The notes under the pieces: generated by a model
Told to the model about the DNA's origin: nothing
Databases searched by the model: none
What the model saw: only the letters and a program-made list of their open reading frames with translations
Position numbers and translations under genes: made by a program
Part shown: one piece after another, positions 8,888 to 17,726 of the stretch
How positions within the stretch are numbered: position 1 is the first letter of the stretch
How the letters are laid out: each line of letters opens with the position of its first letter
Source: Candidatus Hermodarchaeota archaeon
GTDB taxonomy: Archaea; Asgardarchaeota; Lokiarchaeia; Sigyniarchaeales; SOKP01
Length of the DNA: 28,797 nucleotides
Direction: 5' to 3'
Assembly: GCA_048885535.1 (NCBI GenBank)
Contig: JBHLLO010000035.1
Coordinates: 1 to 28,797 of the forward strand

Positions 8888-10252
8888 ATGGATAACTATG
8901 ATATAGTAATTGTTGGCGCTGGAACATCGAGCACAATTGCCGCTCGATTTGCTGCGTCAAATGGATTGAAAGTTTGCTTAATTGATGCAAAAAAGAAGGA
9001 GGAGATCGGTAATAAAGTGTGCGGAGATGTGGTCTTAGCCTCCATTTTTAACTTTTTAAAGATCGATCCCCCTCAAGGAAATGAAATATTGAGCATGAAG
9101 AAATTTATAAAGTTATATAACTCGGATCTTCAAGATCATCTTACAATTAATATGCCCATTTACTTGGTGGATAGATTAAGATTTGGGCAAAAATTTTTAA
9201 ATGATGCGCTAGATTCGGGAGTAGCAGAATTTATAGATAACTCTAAGGTCATGGATCTGACTTATAAAAATGGTAATGTTAATGGAGTTACGGCTAGATT
9301 AAAAACTGGGGAAAAAGTGACCATAAACGCTAAAATTGTAATTGATGGCAGTGGAGCTCATTCTATTGTGCGAAAAAAAATCAAAAACGAAATTATACAA
9401 AATAAGATTTCAAAAGATGATTTGGTTATTTGTTATAGGGAAATCTTACAATTTAATGATAACGTGCGTCCAAACATACCCACAGATTCTTTAACTGTTG
9501 TGTTTGATTCCGATAATATTCCCGGAGGATATTTCTGGTACTTTCCCAAATCAGACACTATAGCCAATCAGGGTCTAGGTGTTGTCTTACATCAAAAAAG
9601 TAATTTGAAGCAGATTTATCAGAACTTTGTGTTAAATAAATTTTTAAGCACAAAGAATTATAAAATATTATCTTCAGGTGGAGATATCGTTCCCATTAGA
9701 AGACCCCTTCCTTCATGTGCTGACAATGGCATCATGTTTATAGGAGATGCGGGATGTCATGTTAACACGTCCAGTGGTGGAGGAATTCATACTGGAATGA
9801 AAGCTGGTTATTATGCTGCCATGATAGCTAAAAAAGCAATTGAAGCTGAAGATTATTCATTAAATGAATTATGGGATTATAATTGTCTTCTGATGAACGA
9901 TTTTGGGATAGGACATGCAACTAATGATGTCGCTCGACTTCTCTTACAGCACATCACAACAAGTGATTTCAATTATATTGTAAAAAAGAAATTAATTGAT
10001 GATAATGAGCTCACACAAATGTATTATGGTAAAATAATATCCCCATCGATTAGACAGTTGGTATTAAAATTATTTAAAGGGATATCCAAGCCCAAGTTGT
10101 TGCTTAAACTGAATTATCTTCTCAAGCAGATGAAACAAATTAATCAACATTATTTGCAATATCCTAAGAATGTCAGTGGTTATGAATCCTGGCGAGAAAT
10201 TGAAAATGACATGTTTAACAAAATTTTTTTAAAAATAACTCCGAAGAACTAA
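8888..10252 (+). CDS. Geranylgeranyl reductase family FAD-dependent oxidoreductase
   Basis: YDIVIVGAG, KVCGD, IVIDGSG, GGYFWYFP (YxWxFP), IGDAG and GGGIH. The GGGTGA RBS favours ATG at 8888 over 8837. Confidence 0.88.
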   Translation: MDNYDIVIVGAGTSSTIAARFAASNGLKVCLIDAKKKEEIGNKVCGDVVLASIFNFLKIDPPQGNEILSMKKFIKLYNSDLQDHLTINMPIYLVDRLRFGQKFLNDALDSGVAEFIDNSKVMDLTYKNGNVNGVTARLKTGEKVTINAKIVIDGSGAHSIVRKKIKNEIIQNKISKDDLVICYREILQFNDNVRPNIPTDSLTVVFDSDNIPGGYFWYFPKSDTIANQGLGVVLHQKSNLKQIYQNFVLNKFLSTKNYKILSSGGDIVPIRRPLPSCADNGIMFIGDAGCHVNTSSGGGIHTGMKAGYYAAMIAKKAIEAEDYSLNELWDYNCLLMNDFGIGHATNDVARLLLQHITTSDFNYIVKKKLIDDNELTQMYYGKIISPSIRQLVLKLFKGISKPKLLLKLNYLLKQMKQINQHYLQYPKNVSGYESWREIENDMFNKIFLKITPKN

Positions 10253-10308
10253 TACATTTTTCTTCAGATAAGAAGCAAAATGATTCCCAAATAGGTTTAG
10301 TTTAAAAT

Positions 10309-11580
10309 TTAATTAGTAATTTCTTCTTTTCGATAATCTACATATGGGAGTTGTGCTACATCATAAGGTAGGGATGCATCATCTGGTATGGGATCAATAT
10401 AAAAATGACGAAATTTTGCATTTTGCATCCTACAAGATGTAACACGATGTTTATAAGCAGGATGATGGATCATTTTTTTCCAAATATTTTTCAATGACAT
10501 ATCTCGAATATTTCCAAAAGATAAAGGAGTAAAATCACAAGGAGATACCTCCCCATATGCTGAAACGTAATATTGAATATGTGCTGCTAAACATCCAACA
10601 CCTGCAAGATAAGATTCAATAGAATTTTGCCAAGATTGTGAAGAGAGAGGTGGAATTATTTTATTATTACTTATATTTGAAGAAAATTTACGAATTTCTT
10701 CACGTTGATCCGATGTTAGGAGTTCACTTGTATCTTTCAAGATTTTTCCCGTTGGAACTCCATCAAATAACATTACATTATGTAATCCCAATTCTTTTGC
10801 GAGTTCATAAATTTTTATATATTGTCCCTTTTTAGTAGATGATTGGGTCGCATAAGAAGAAAATCCAATAAATATGCCTTTTTCTTTCGCTCGTTTAATT
10901 CCTTCTATTGCGGTTTCAAAAAGACCTGCTACACCTCTTAATTTATTATGTTCGTCTGGAATTGGACTATCGATGCTTACAAAGAGTGAGTATAATCCCG
11001 CGTTAGCTAATTTATCTACATTTTCTTGAGTAAGAAGTAGACCATTAGTAAATAATATGGGAACCGTCTTTTTTTGATTGATATATGAGATCAACTCAAA
11101 AATATCTTCTCGTAATAAAGGTTCCCCACCCGTAAAAGCTATGATTGATATACCCAGCTTTTGACTTTCTTCAATCACTCTTTTTGCTTCTTCTGTATTT
11201 AATTCGGTAGTGTCAACTTTTTTATGCTTTCCTGCACTACAATGAACACAATTGCATTGGCATTTATAAGTAACCGCAAATGTCATTGCAATAGGCCGAG
11301 CATGCCTTAGAATTTTTCCTCTAATCACGTTTTTTATGGCACGAAACATAGCTCGGCTACCTATAGGGGGAGAAAATGTATTTGCTACTCTATGTCCACG
11401 CCATTGACCCAAATTATAAGTTTTATAGAATTTAGCCTGGAAAATAAGCATAATTATTAGGCGAAATCTATCTACAATTGGGTTTAGAAATCCAGTACCT
11501 ACCGTTTCTCCATTCTCAAGCTGTTTATAACTCACTAATCGCTTACCAAAGAGTTGCCAAAATATGCGTTCCCTTACCAT
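10309..11580 (-). CDS. Radical SAM protein with a SPASM/twitch-like C-terminal domain
   Basis: TYKCQCNCVHC (CxxxCxxC), FTGGEPLLR, FTNG and VSIDS; C-terminal GCLAA..YVSAYGEVSPCDF..GNI..C. Confidence 0.88.
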   Translation of the reverse strand: MVRERIFWQLFGKRLVSYKQLENGETVGTGFLNPIVDRFRLIIMLIFQAKFYKTYNLGQWRGHRVANTFSPPIGSRAMFRAIKNVIRGKILRHARPIAMTFAVTYKCQCNCVHCSAGKHKKVDTTELNTEEAKRVIEESQKLGISIIAFTGGEPLLREDIFELISYINQKKTVPILFTNGLLLTQENVDKLANAGLYSLFVSIDSPIPDEHNKLRGVAGLFETAIEGIKRAKEKGIFIGFSSYATQSSTKKGQYIKIYELAKELGLHNVMLFDGVPTGKILKDTSELLTSDQREEIRKFSSNISNNKIIPPLSSQSWQNSIESYLAGVGCLAAHIQYYVSAYGEVSPCDFTPLSFGNIRDMSLKNIWKKMIHHPAYKHRVTSCRMQNAKFRHFYIDPIPDDASLPYDVAQLPYVDYRKEEITN

Positions 11581-11777
11581 TTTAAGATTAGTGTTCTTTC
11601 CTTTATATTATTAAATATAATTCAACATTATCAAAAAAAAGTTACTTTTATTATCTTTTACTGAGAAGTAATTTTTTGCCTTATTTAAAAAAGCGATTTC
11701 CCAAAAGATTTTGGTATAGAGAAGCTCATAATTTATTATCTCTATAGAATAAAAAAGAGAATTAAAAAGAATAAAAT

Positions 11778-13781
11778 TTAATATTTTTGAAGTTCTTCTT
11801 TCACTTTCTCATAGAAATCTAATGATTCTGGATTTCTCAACGCACCTCGATTTGCAACCGAAAGTCCATGGATTATCTTAGTAACTGCAATCTCAACCTT
11901 TTTATTACTAAATGTATAGGGAATACCATCCGAGGGTGCTTGCAAAATAACCTTAGGTACATGCCTTGGAGAAGTTTTTGTTCGGAGCTCTTTCTTAATT
12001 TTTTCTTTCAATTCATCGGTTAATTCATATCCTTCATTTAACAATACAAACATTACTATTCGGATATCACCACTGATTTTTTGTCCAATTACCAACGAAT
12101 CGACAATTTCAGGTAATTGCTCGACTACATTGTATATCTCTGCTGTACCAATCCTAACACCTGAGGGTTTAAGTACGGCATCAGATCGTCCCCAGAAAGT
12201 TATTCCTCCCGTATCACTATGAATTACTATATAATCTCCATGTCTCCATACATTCTTCTCTTTATCTTTAAAAAAATCAAAATATGCAGTTTTATATTTT
12301 GTCATATTATCATCATCATCCCAGAAATACACTGGCATAGAAGGTGCGGGTACTTCACAGACCAACTCTGCTTGCTCATCTTCAACTGGTTCAGCATTAT
12401 CATTATATGCTTCCACTTTCATCCCTAAAGCTCGACCTTGAAGTTCTCCAGAATATACTGGAAGTATGGGGATTGCTCCAGCAAAGCATCCATTAATATC
12501 AGTACCCCCGCTAATTGAATTGAAGAAGAGATCTTTCTTAATTTCTTTATATACATATTCAAAACCTTCGGGAGAGAGTGTTGAAGCTGTTTGTGAGATT
12601 TCTCTTAATAAGGATAAATCATATTTTTCAGCAGGTTTAACTCCAAGTCCCATTAAATAATGAATATAGGCAGCACTAGTTCCAAAAATTGTAATTTTAT
12701 GTTTTTCTATTAATTCAAAAAATCTAAGGGGATCAGGATAAAGTGGATTACCATCATATAGAAAGATAGTTGCTCCAACTGCTAAAGCGCTAATTAACCA
12801 ATTCCACATCATCCAACTTGGGGCCGTAATATAATTAATTATATCAGTTCTTTTGCAATCTGTAGAAAGTATAAGCTCCTTTAAATGATTGATAAGAACT
12901 CCACCAGCACTTTGTACAAGACATTTAGGAGCCCCCGTTGTTCCAGAAGAAAACATTATATAGACAGGATGACTGAATGGTAATTGTTCAAATTTAAGTG
13001 TTGGGTTTTCCTCCTTTGAAATAAAATCCTCCCAATTTATAGCATTTGGAATACCATTAATATCTCCTTTACTATCTGAAATATAAGATACTACGATTAC
13101 TTTTTCAATAGAAGGGATGGCATTAATCACTGCTTTAACATTCTCTTTAATATCAAAAATTTGACCTCTGTAATAATACCCATCGACAGTAAAAAGCACT
13201 TTGGGTTCAATTTGGCCAAACCTGTCGATTACTGCACTTGGTTGAAGCTCTGCTCCACAAGATGCCCAAACAGCTCCTATAGCTGTAGCTGCAAGCATAG
13301 CGGTCGGAGTTTCAATAAGATTTGGAATGTACGATACTACTCGATCTCCAACCTCTACTCCAATTTTTTTTAAAGCTGCTGCAAGCTTAGCTACATTTTT
13401 ATTTAACTCAGCATAGGTTATCTCCTTAGAAACTTTTGTTTCTCCACAAAAAATAAAAGCCAATTGATTATCTTTATACTTTAATAGGTTTTCAGCAAAA
13501 TTAAGTTCTGATCCTGGAAACCATTTAGTTCCTGGAAATTCCTTGAGATTTTCAACAACCTTATCATACTTTTTTGATGCTACTATACCTCCAAAATCCC
13601 ACATTGCTGCCCAAAAGTCGACTATGCTTTCAACAGACCATCGATAAAGTTGTTTTCCATCTTTAATGTTTTGATCATACTTTTTATTAACAAGCTCAAT
13701 GAATCGAGTTACTTCAGCATTCTTTTTCCAATTATCTGACGGTTCCCATAATTTTTTCCTTATATCTGAAATAAATAACAC
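11778..13781 (-). CDS. Acetoacetate--CoA ligase (acetoacetyl-CoA synthetase)
   Basis: LWEPS, WFPGSELNFAENLL, YIMFSSGTTGAPKC, WMMWNW, SISGGTDI, WRHGD, GRSDAVLKPSGVRIGTAEIY and KKVE. Confidence 0.92.
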   Translation of the reverse strand: MLFISDIRKKLWEPSDNWKKNAEVTRFIELVNKKYDQNIKDGKQLYRWSVESIVDFWAAMWDFGGIVASKKYDKVVENLKEFPGTKWFPGSELNFAENLLKYKDNQLAFIFCGETKVSKEITYAELNKNVAKLAAALKKIGVEVGDRVVSYIPNLIETPTAMLAATAIGAVWASCGAELQPSAVIDRFGQIEPKVLFTVDGYYYRGQIFDIKENVKAVINAIPSIEKVIVVSYISDSKGDINGIPNAINWEDFISKEENPTLKFEQLPFSHPVYIMFSSGTTGAPKCLVQSAGGVLINHLKELILSTDCKRTDIINYITAPSWMMWNWLISALAVGATIFLYDGNPLYPDPLRFFELIEKHKITIFGTSAAYIHYLMGLGVKPAEKYDLSLLREISQTASTLSPEGFEYVYKEIKKDLFFNSISGGTDINGCFAGAIPILPVYSGELQGRALGMKVEAYNDNAEPVEDEQAELVCEVPAPSMPVYFWDDDDNMTKYKTAYFDFFKDKEKNVWRHGDYIVIHSDTGGITFWGRSDAVLKPSGVRIGTAEIYNVVEQLPEIVDSLVIGQKISGDIRIVMFVLLNEGYELTDELKEKIKKELRTKTSPRHVPKVILQAPSDGIPYTFSNKKVEIAVTKIIHGLSVANRGALRNPESLDFYEKVKEELQKY

Positions 13782-13917
13782 CTCTATTTACGAAAATTTC
13801 TTAATTTTGTTTTAGTAATTATGGATAAATTTTAAAATTAAATATTTTTAAAACCAGTTTACATTATATTTTTCATTAAATTATATCTGAATGTAATAAT
13901 TTTTTCTATTGAGCAAA

Positions 13918-14742
13918 ATGACATATATCGAACATGAATTTGAAGTAATTAAAAACACACCCTTTCCAAACACGATTGACTCATTAAAACGAGATTTAGC
14001 ACTTCTTGGAGTAAAAGAAGGTGCAATAATTATTATGCATAGCTCTCTGAGTAAAATTGGGTGGACAGTAGGAGGTCCAGTTTCTGTCATTAAAGCAATG
14101 ATGGAACTATTAACTCCAAAAGGCACATTGGTTATGCCAGCTTTTACAGGAGATAATACTGAGCCTTCCAGATGGCAGAATCCTCCCGTACCAGAAAATT
14201 GGTGGCAAATTATAAGAGAGAGTATGCCTGGATTTGAACAAAAAATCACACCGACAAGGGGGATGGGAAGAATTGTTGAAACATTTCGAAATTTTCCGAA
14301 AGTCTTTAGAAGTGCCCACCCCGTTTCATCTTTTGTTGCATGGGGGAAATATGCAAAAAAAATAACGAAGAATCACGAATTAAACTCTGATCTGGGAGAA
14401 AATTCTCCACTATCCTGTATTTATGACCTTGATGGTCAAATCTTACTTTTAGGAGTTTCACATATGAGTAATACTTCTATCCATTTAGCTGAATATAGAT
14501 GTGATTATAAAGGTAAACACTTCACATCTAATGCTTCTGCCATAAAAGTTAAAAATGGAAGAAAATGGGTAGTTTGGAATGAATTAAACCATAGTATCGA
14601 TGATTTTGAACAATTAGGTCAAGATTTTGAACAATTAATCCAATATAAACCCAAAAAAGTAGGACTTGCAGAAAGTCGTTTATTATCTCAAAGAAAGATG
14701 GTTGATTTTGCTATGAAATGGATAACAGCAAATCGAATTTAA
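13918..14742 (+). CDS. AAC(3)/YokD-family N-acetyltransferase
   Basis: MHSSLSKIGW.VGG, GTLVMPAFT, RSAHPVSSF, LGENSPL and NTSIHLAE. The start is TTG 13909 or ATG 13918. Confidence 0.9.
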   Translation: MTYIEHEFEVIKNTPFPNTIDSLKRDLALLGVKEGAIIIMHSSLSKIGWTVGGPVSVIKAMMELLTPKGTLVMPAFTGDNTEPSRWQNPPVPENWWQIIRESMPGFEQKITPTRGMGRIVETFRNFPKVFRSAHPVSSFVAWGKYAKKITKNHELNSDLGENSPLSCIYDLDGQILLLGVSHMSNTSIHLAEYRCDYKGKHFTSNASAIKVKNGRKWVVWNELNHSIDDFEQLGQDFEQLIQYKPKKVGLAESRLLSQRKMVDFAMKWITANRI

Positions 14743-14823
14743 ACTTAATGTAAATTAAAAAAAAATTATAACTTTGATTCATTAAAAAGCAATCAATTTG
14801 CAAATTAATGATGTCTGTTTAAA

Positions 14824-16176
14824 ATGTCCACTGAAGATTCTTTGAAAGCTAAAACAAGGAGAATTTCTATCTCTGAGGGATCTTTTGGAGTTTTTAGTAA
14901 TACAATCTCAGATAATTATATGATACCATTTGCACTCCACTTAAATTCAAATCCTTTTCAAATAGGCATTTTAACTTCTTTTAGCTTATTATGTTCACCT
15001 TTAGGACAAATATATGGCTCGCGAAGAATTGAGAGAAAGTCACGAAAGGGTGTGCTATTAAGTGGAGTATTTGGTCAAGCAATAATATGGCCTATATTTT
15101 TCTTAATTGCTTTTCTTTTTACATTAAAACTTGATCAGTCGATTTTACCATGGTTTCTTGTAGGTTTCTATTTATTGTATATGTTCTTTGCAGGAATAAT
15201 GACACCACCATGGTTTTCTTTAATGGGAGACTCTGTTCCGGATAATTCTAGAGGACGATATTTCGCTAAACGAAACCTAATTACAAGTACTATCGCTTTG
15301 ATTGGAACCATTATATTATCATTTTCGTTAGATTGGTTTAAAATTCAAGATAATTTATTTTTGGGGTTTAGTATTATATTCCTTTGTGGGTTTATAACGC
15401 GTCTTGTTTCAGTTTTTTTATTTACAAAACACTATTATCCTCACTTTGATTTTCAAATCTCAGATCATACAAAATTTATTCAATTTGCTAAGAACATCCC
15501 TAGAAGTAATTTTGGCAAATTTACTCTATTTGTATCATTATTAACTTTTGGTCAATGGATTGCAGGACCCTTCTTTTCAGTATATATGTTAAATGATTTA
15601 CAGTTTAATTATTCGATCTTCATAATAATAAATTTATTCTCTTCCATTGTAGCGTTGTTTATATTTCCTATATTAGGTAGATTTTCGGATAAATTTGGTA
15701 ATGTGAAAATGCTTAGAATTGGAGGAATTATTATTCCTATACTACCGATATTATGGCTATTTTTTAATACTCCCCTTGGTATCATTCTAGGGCCCCAATT
15801 GTTAGGAGGAATAGGCTGGACATCATTCAATTTAGCAACTTCTAACTTTATTTATGATAATATAGAACCTAAAAAAAGGGGTCAATATATTGCTCTTTAT
15901 AATTTACTAGTTGGAATAGCAATTATACTAGGAGGTTTAACAGGGAGTATGATTATTACATTTATCCCAATTTGGTTTATGAACAAATACCTTTTCGTGT
16001 TTTTAATTTCAGGAATTATTCGAATTGTTATTGTAATAATAATTCTACCGAAAATTAAAGAAGTCAGAGTTCATACAAAGCCAATTTTAAATTTAAAGAA
16101 TTTGGGTATACCAAAATGGCTCTATGATATCACTATTCGAAATCATCGTGAAGAAAAGGAGAAGAGAGAAGATTAG
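14824..16176 (+). CDS. MFS transporter
   Basis: About 12 TM segments; WFSLMGDSVP..SRGRYF, GRFSDKFG and KRGQY loop motifs. Confidence 0.85.
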   Translation: MSTEDSLKAKTRRISISEGSFGVFSNTISDNYMIPFALHLNSNPFQIGILTSFSLLCSPLGQIYGSRRIERKSRKGVLLSGVFGQAIIWPIFFLIAFLFTLKLDQSILPWFLVGFYLLYMFFAGIMTPPWFSLMGDSVPDNSRGRYFAKRNLITSTIALIGTIILSFSLDWFKIQDNLFLGFSIIFLCGFITRLVSVFLFTKHYYPHFDFQISDHTKFIQFAKNIPRSNFGKFTLFVSLLTFGQWIAGPFFSVYMLNDLQFNYSIFIIINLFSSIVALFIFPILGRFSDKFGNVKMLRIGGIIIPILPILWLFFNTPLGIILGPQLLGGIGWTSFNLATSNFIYDNIEPKKRGQYIALYNLLVGIAIILGGLTGSMIITFIPIWFMNKYLFVFLISGIIRIVIVIIILPKIKEVRVHTKPILNLKNLGIPKWLYDITIRNHREEKEKRED

Positions 16177-17657
16177 TTTTTTAATTTGTTAATAAATCTG
16201 ACATAATCCATAATTTTAGCTAATGCATTTACGGGGCGATCCCATAATTTAAATAATATTGCTCCATTGTTGCGCAACATTTTTGACCACTGACTATTTA
16301 GATTCATCGGATTTACATATAATATTGGAATCGAATACTTTTTAGAATTTATAATTGTTGGTTGGATTAAGTCTTCAGCTAATTTGTTAACTTTTTCTTT
16401 GGACATCTGCTGAAATTTAGCATTTTTAATTATTTGTTCATATTTTAGATACTCATCCAAAACATCTTGGAATCCATACACACCATATTGAATGAGAGCA
16501 TCTACTTCTCCTGATTTCATCAATATTTCAGGTAAAGTAATATAAAAATGTGAAAAATCTACATCAAATGTACAGTCTAGAGGATTCTTATAACTAGCTG
16601 TAGGGGGAACAATCTCTTTTAATTCTTTTTGAAGTGATTCTGAAAATTCTGGTATCAGTAAGCCATGTTTTTCTGCATTATTTGCAATCATTGCTCCTGG
16701 TCCTCCCGAATTGGTTATAATACCCAGTCTATTTCCCTTAGGTAATAGCCCCCTTGATAAAATAAGAGCGATGTCTAAAAATTCTTGTACGTAATCAGTT
16801 TTTATTATCCCAGCCTGTTTAAAAACACCTTCATAAATTTTAGAGTTACCTGATAAAGCTCCAGTATGACTCTGGGACGCTCGATTACCTGCATCGGTAC
16901 CTCCCCCATAAATCGCGATTATTGGTTTTTTTGGCGTAATTGCCTTCGCTAATTCCATGAATTTTCTTCCCCTTTTAATTTCCTCTAAATATAATCCAAT
17001 TATTTCTGTATATTTATCATCTTTATAGTACTCTAAACAATCTACTATATCAATATTTGCTTCATTTCCAACGGATAATGATCTACTCAAACCTAAATCC
17101 AAGTTTTGAGGATCCCACCATATATGGCAGGAAAGCGTGCCACTTTGAGAGGCTATAGAAAATTTACTCCTTGAAAGGTTTTCCCAGATGAATATATTGA
17201 ATGATTTTTTTCTTTCCTCTGGTCCATACCAGTTATTGAATACACCTAAACAATTTGGACCAATAAATCTAATTCCGTATTTTTTAGCTATTTTATTGAT
17301 ATCTTCAGTGTAAGTATTTTTATGTTCCCCAATTAATTCACGAAAACCTCCTGAAGTTAGAATTATTCTCTTAACACCTTTTTCGCCACACTCTTCAAAA
17401 ATTTGGGGAACTATTTTAGCAGGGAGAATAATTACTACCAAATCAGGAATCTCTGGAACATCATAAATGGATTTATAGGCTTTATATCCCATAACAGAAT
17501 CTAACTTTAAATGGATTGGAAATATTTTACCTTCGTATCCGGACATAACTAAATTCATCATTTGGAAGGACCCTAATGAATTTCCCTTATTATTAGCTCC
17601 ATAAAGTGCAATACTATTTGGGTTCAAAAAACAATGCAGGAAATGAGTCTCATTCAT
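16173..17657 (-). CDS. Acyl-CoA synthetase (NDP-forming) alpha subunit, CoA-binding
   Basis: NPNSIALYGA, GPNCLG, SQSG, SVGNEA, phospho-His motif SHTGAL, TNSGGPG and NPLD. No ATP-grasp beta domain is fused. Confidence 0.88.
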   Translation of the reverse strand: MNETHFLHCFLNPNSIALYGANNKGNSLGSFQMMNLVMSGYEGKIFPIHLKLDSVMGYKAYKSIYDVPEIPDLVVIILPAKIVPQIFEECGEKGVKRIILTSGGFRELIGEHKNTYTEDINKIAKKYGIRFIGPNCLGVFNNWYGPEERKKSFNIFIWENLSRSKFSIASQSGTLSCHIWWDPQNLDLGLSRSLSVGNEANIDIVDCLEYYKDDKYTEIIGLYLEEIKRGRKFMELAKAITPKKPIIAIYGGGTDAGNRASQSHTGALSGNSKIYEGVFKQAGIIKTDYVQEFLDIALILSRGLLPKGNRLGIITNSGGPGAMIANNAEKHGLLIPEFSESLQKELKEIVPPTASYKNPLDCTFDVDFSHFYITLPEILMKSGEVDALIQYGVYGFQDVLDEYLKYEQIIKNAKFQQMSKEKVNKLAEDLIQPTIINSKKYSIPILYVNPMNLNSQWSKMLRNNGAILFKLWDRPVNALAKIMDYVRFINKLKN

Positions 17658-17726
17658 AAGTTTTCCCTTATTTTTAAAAAGATTTCATCACATTAAAATA
17701 TAAAATAAAATACATCTACTGTAAAT

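Noticed and set aside
13918-14742. Acquired aminoglycoside resistance gene
   Set aside because: YokD-like AAC(3) homologs are widespread chromosomal genes; there is no mobile-element context and composition matches the neighbours.
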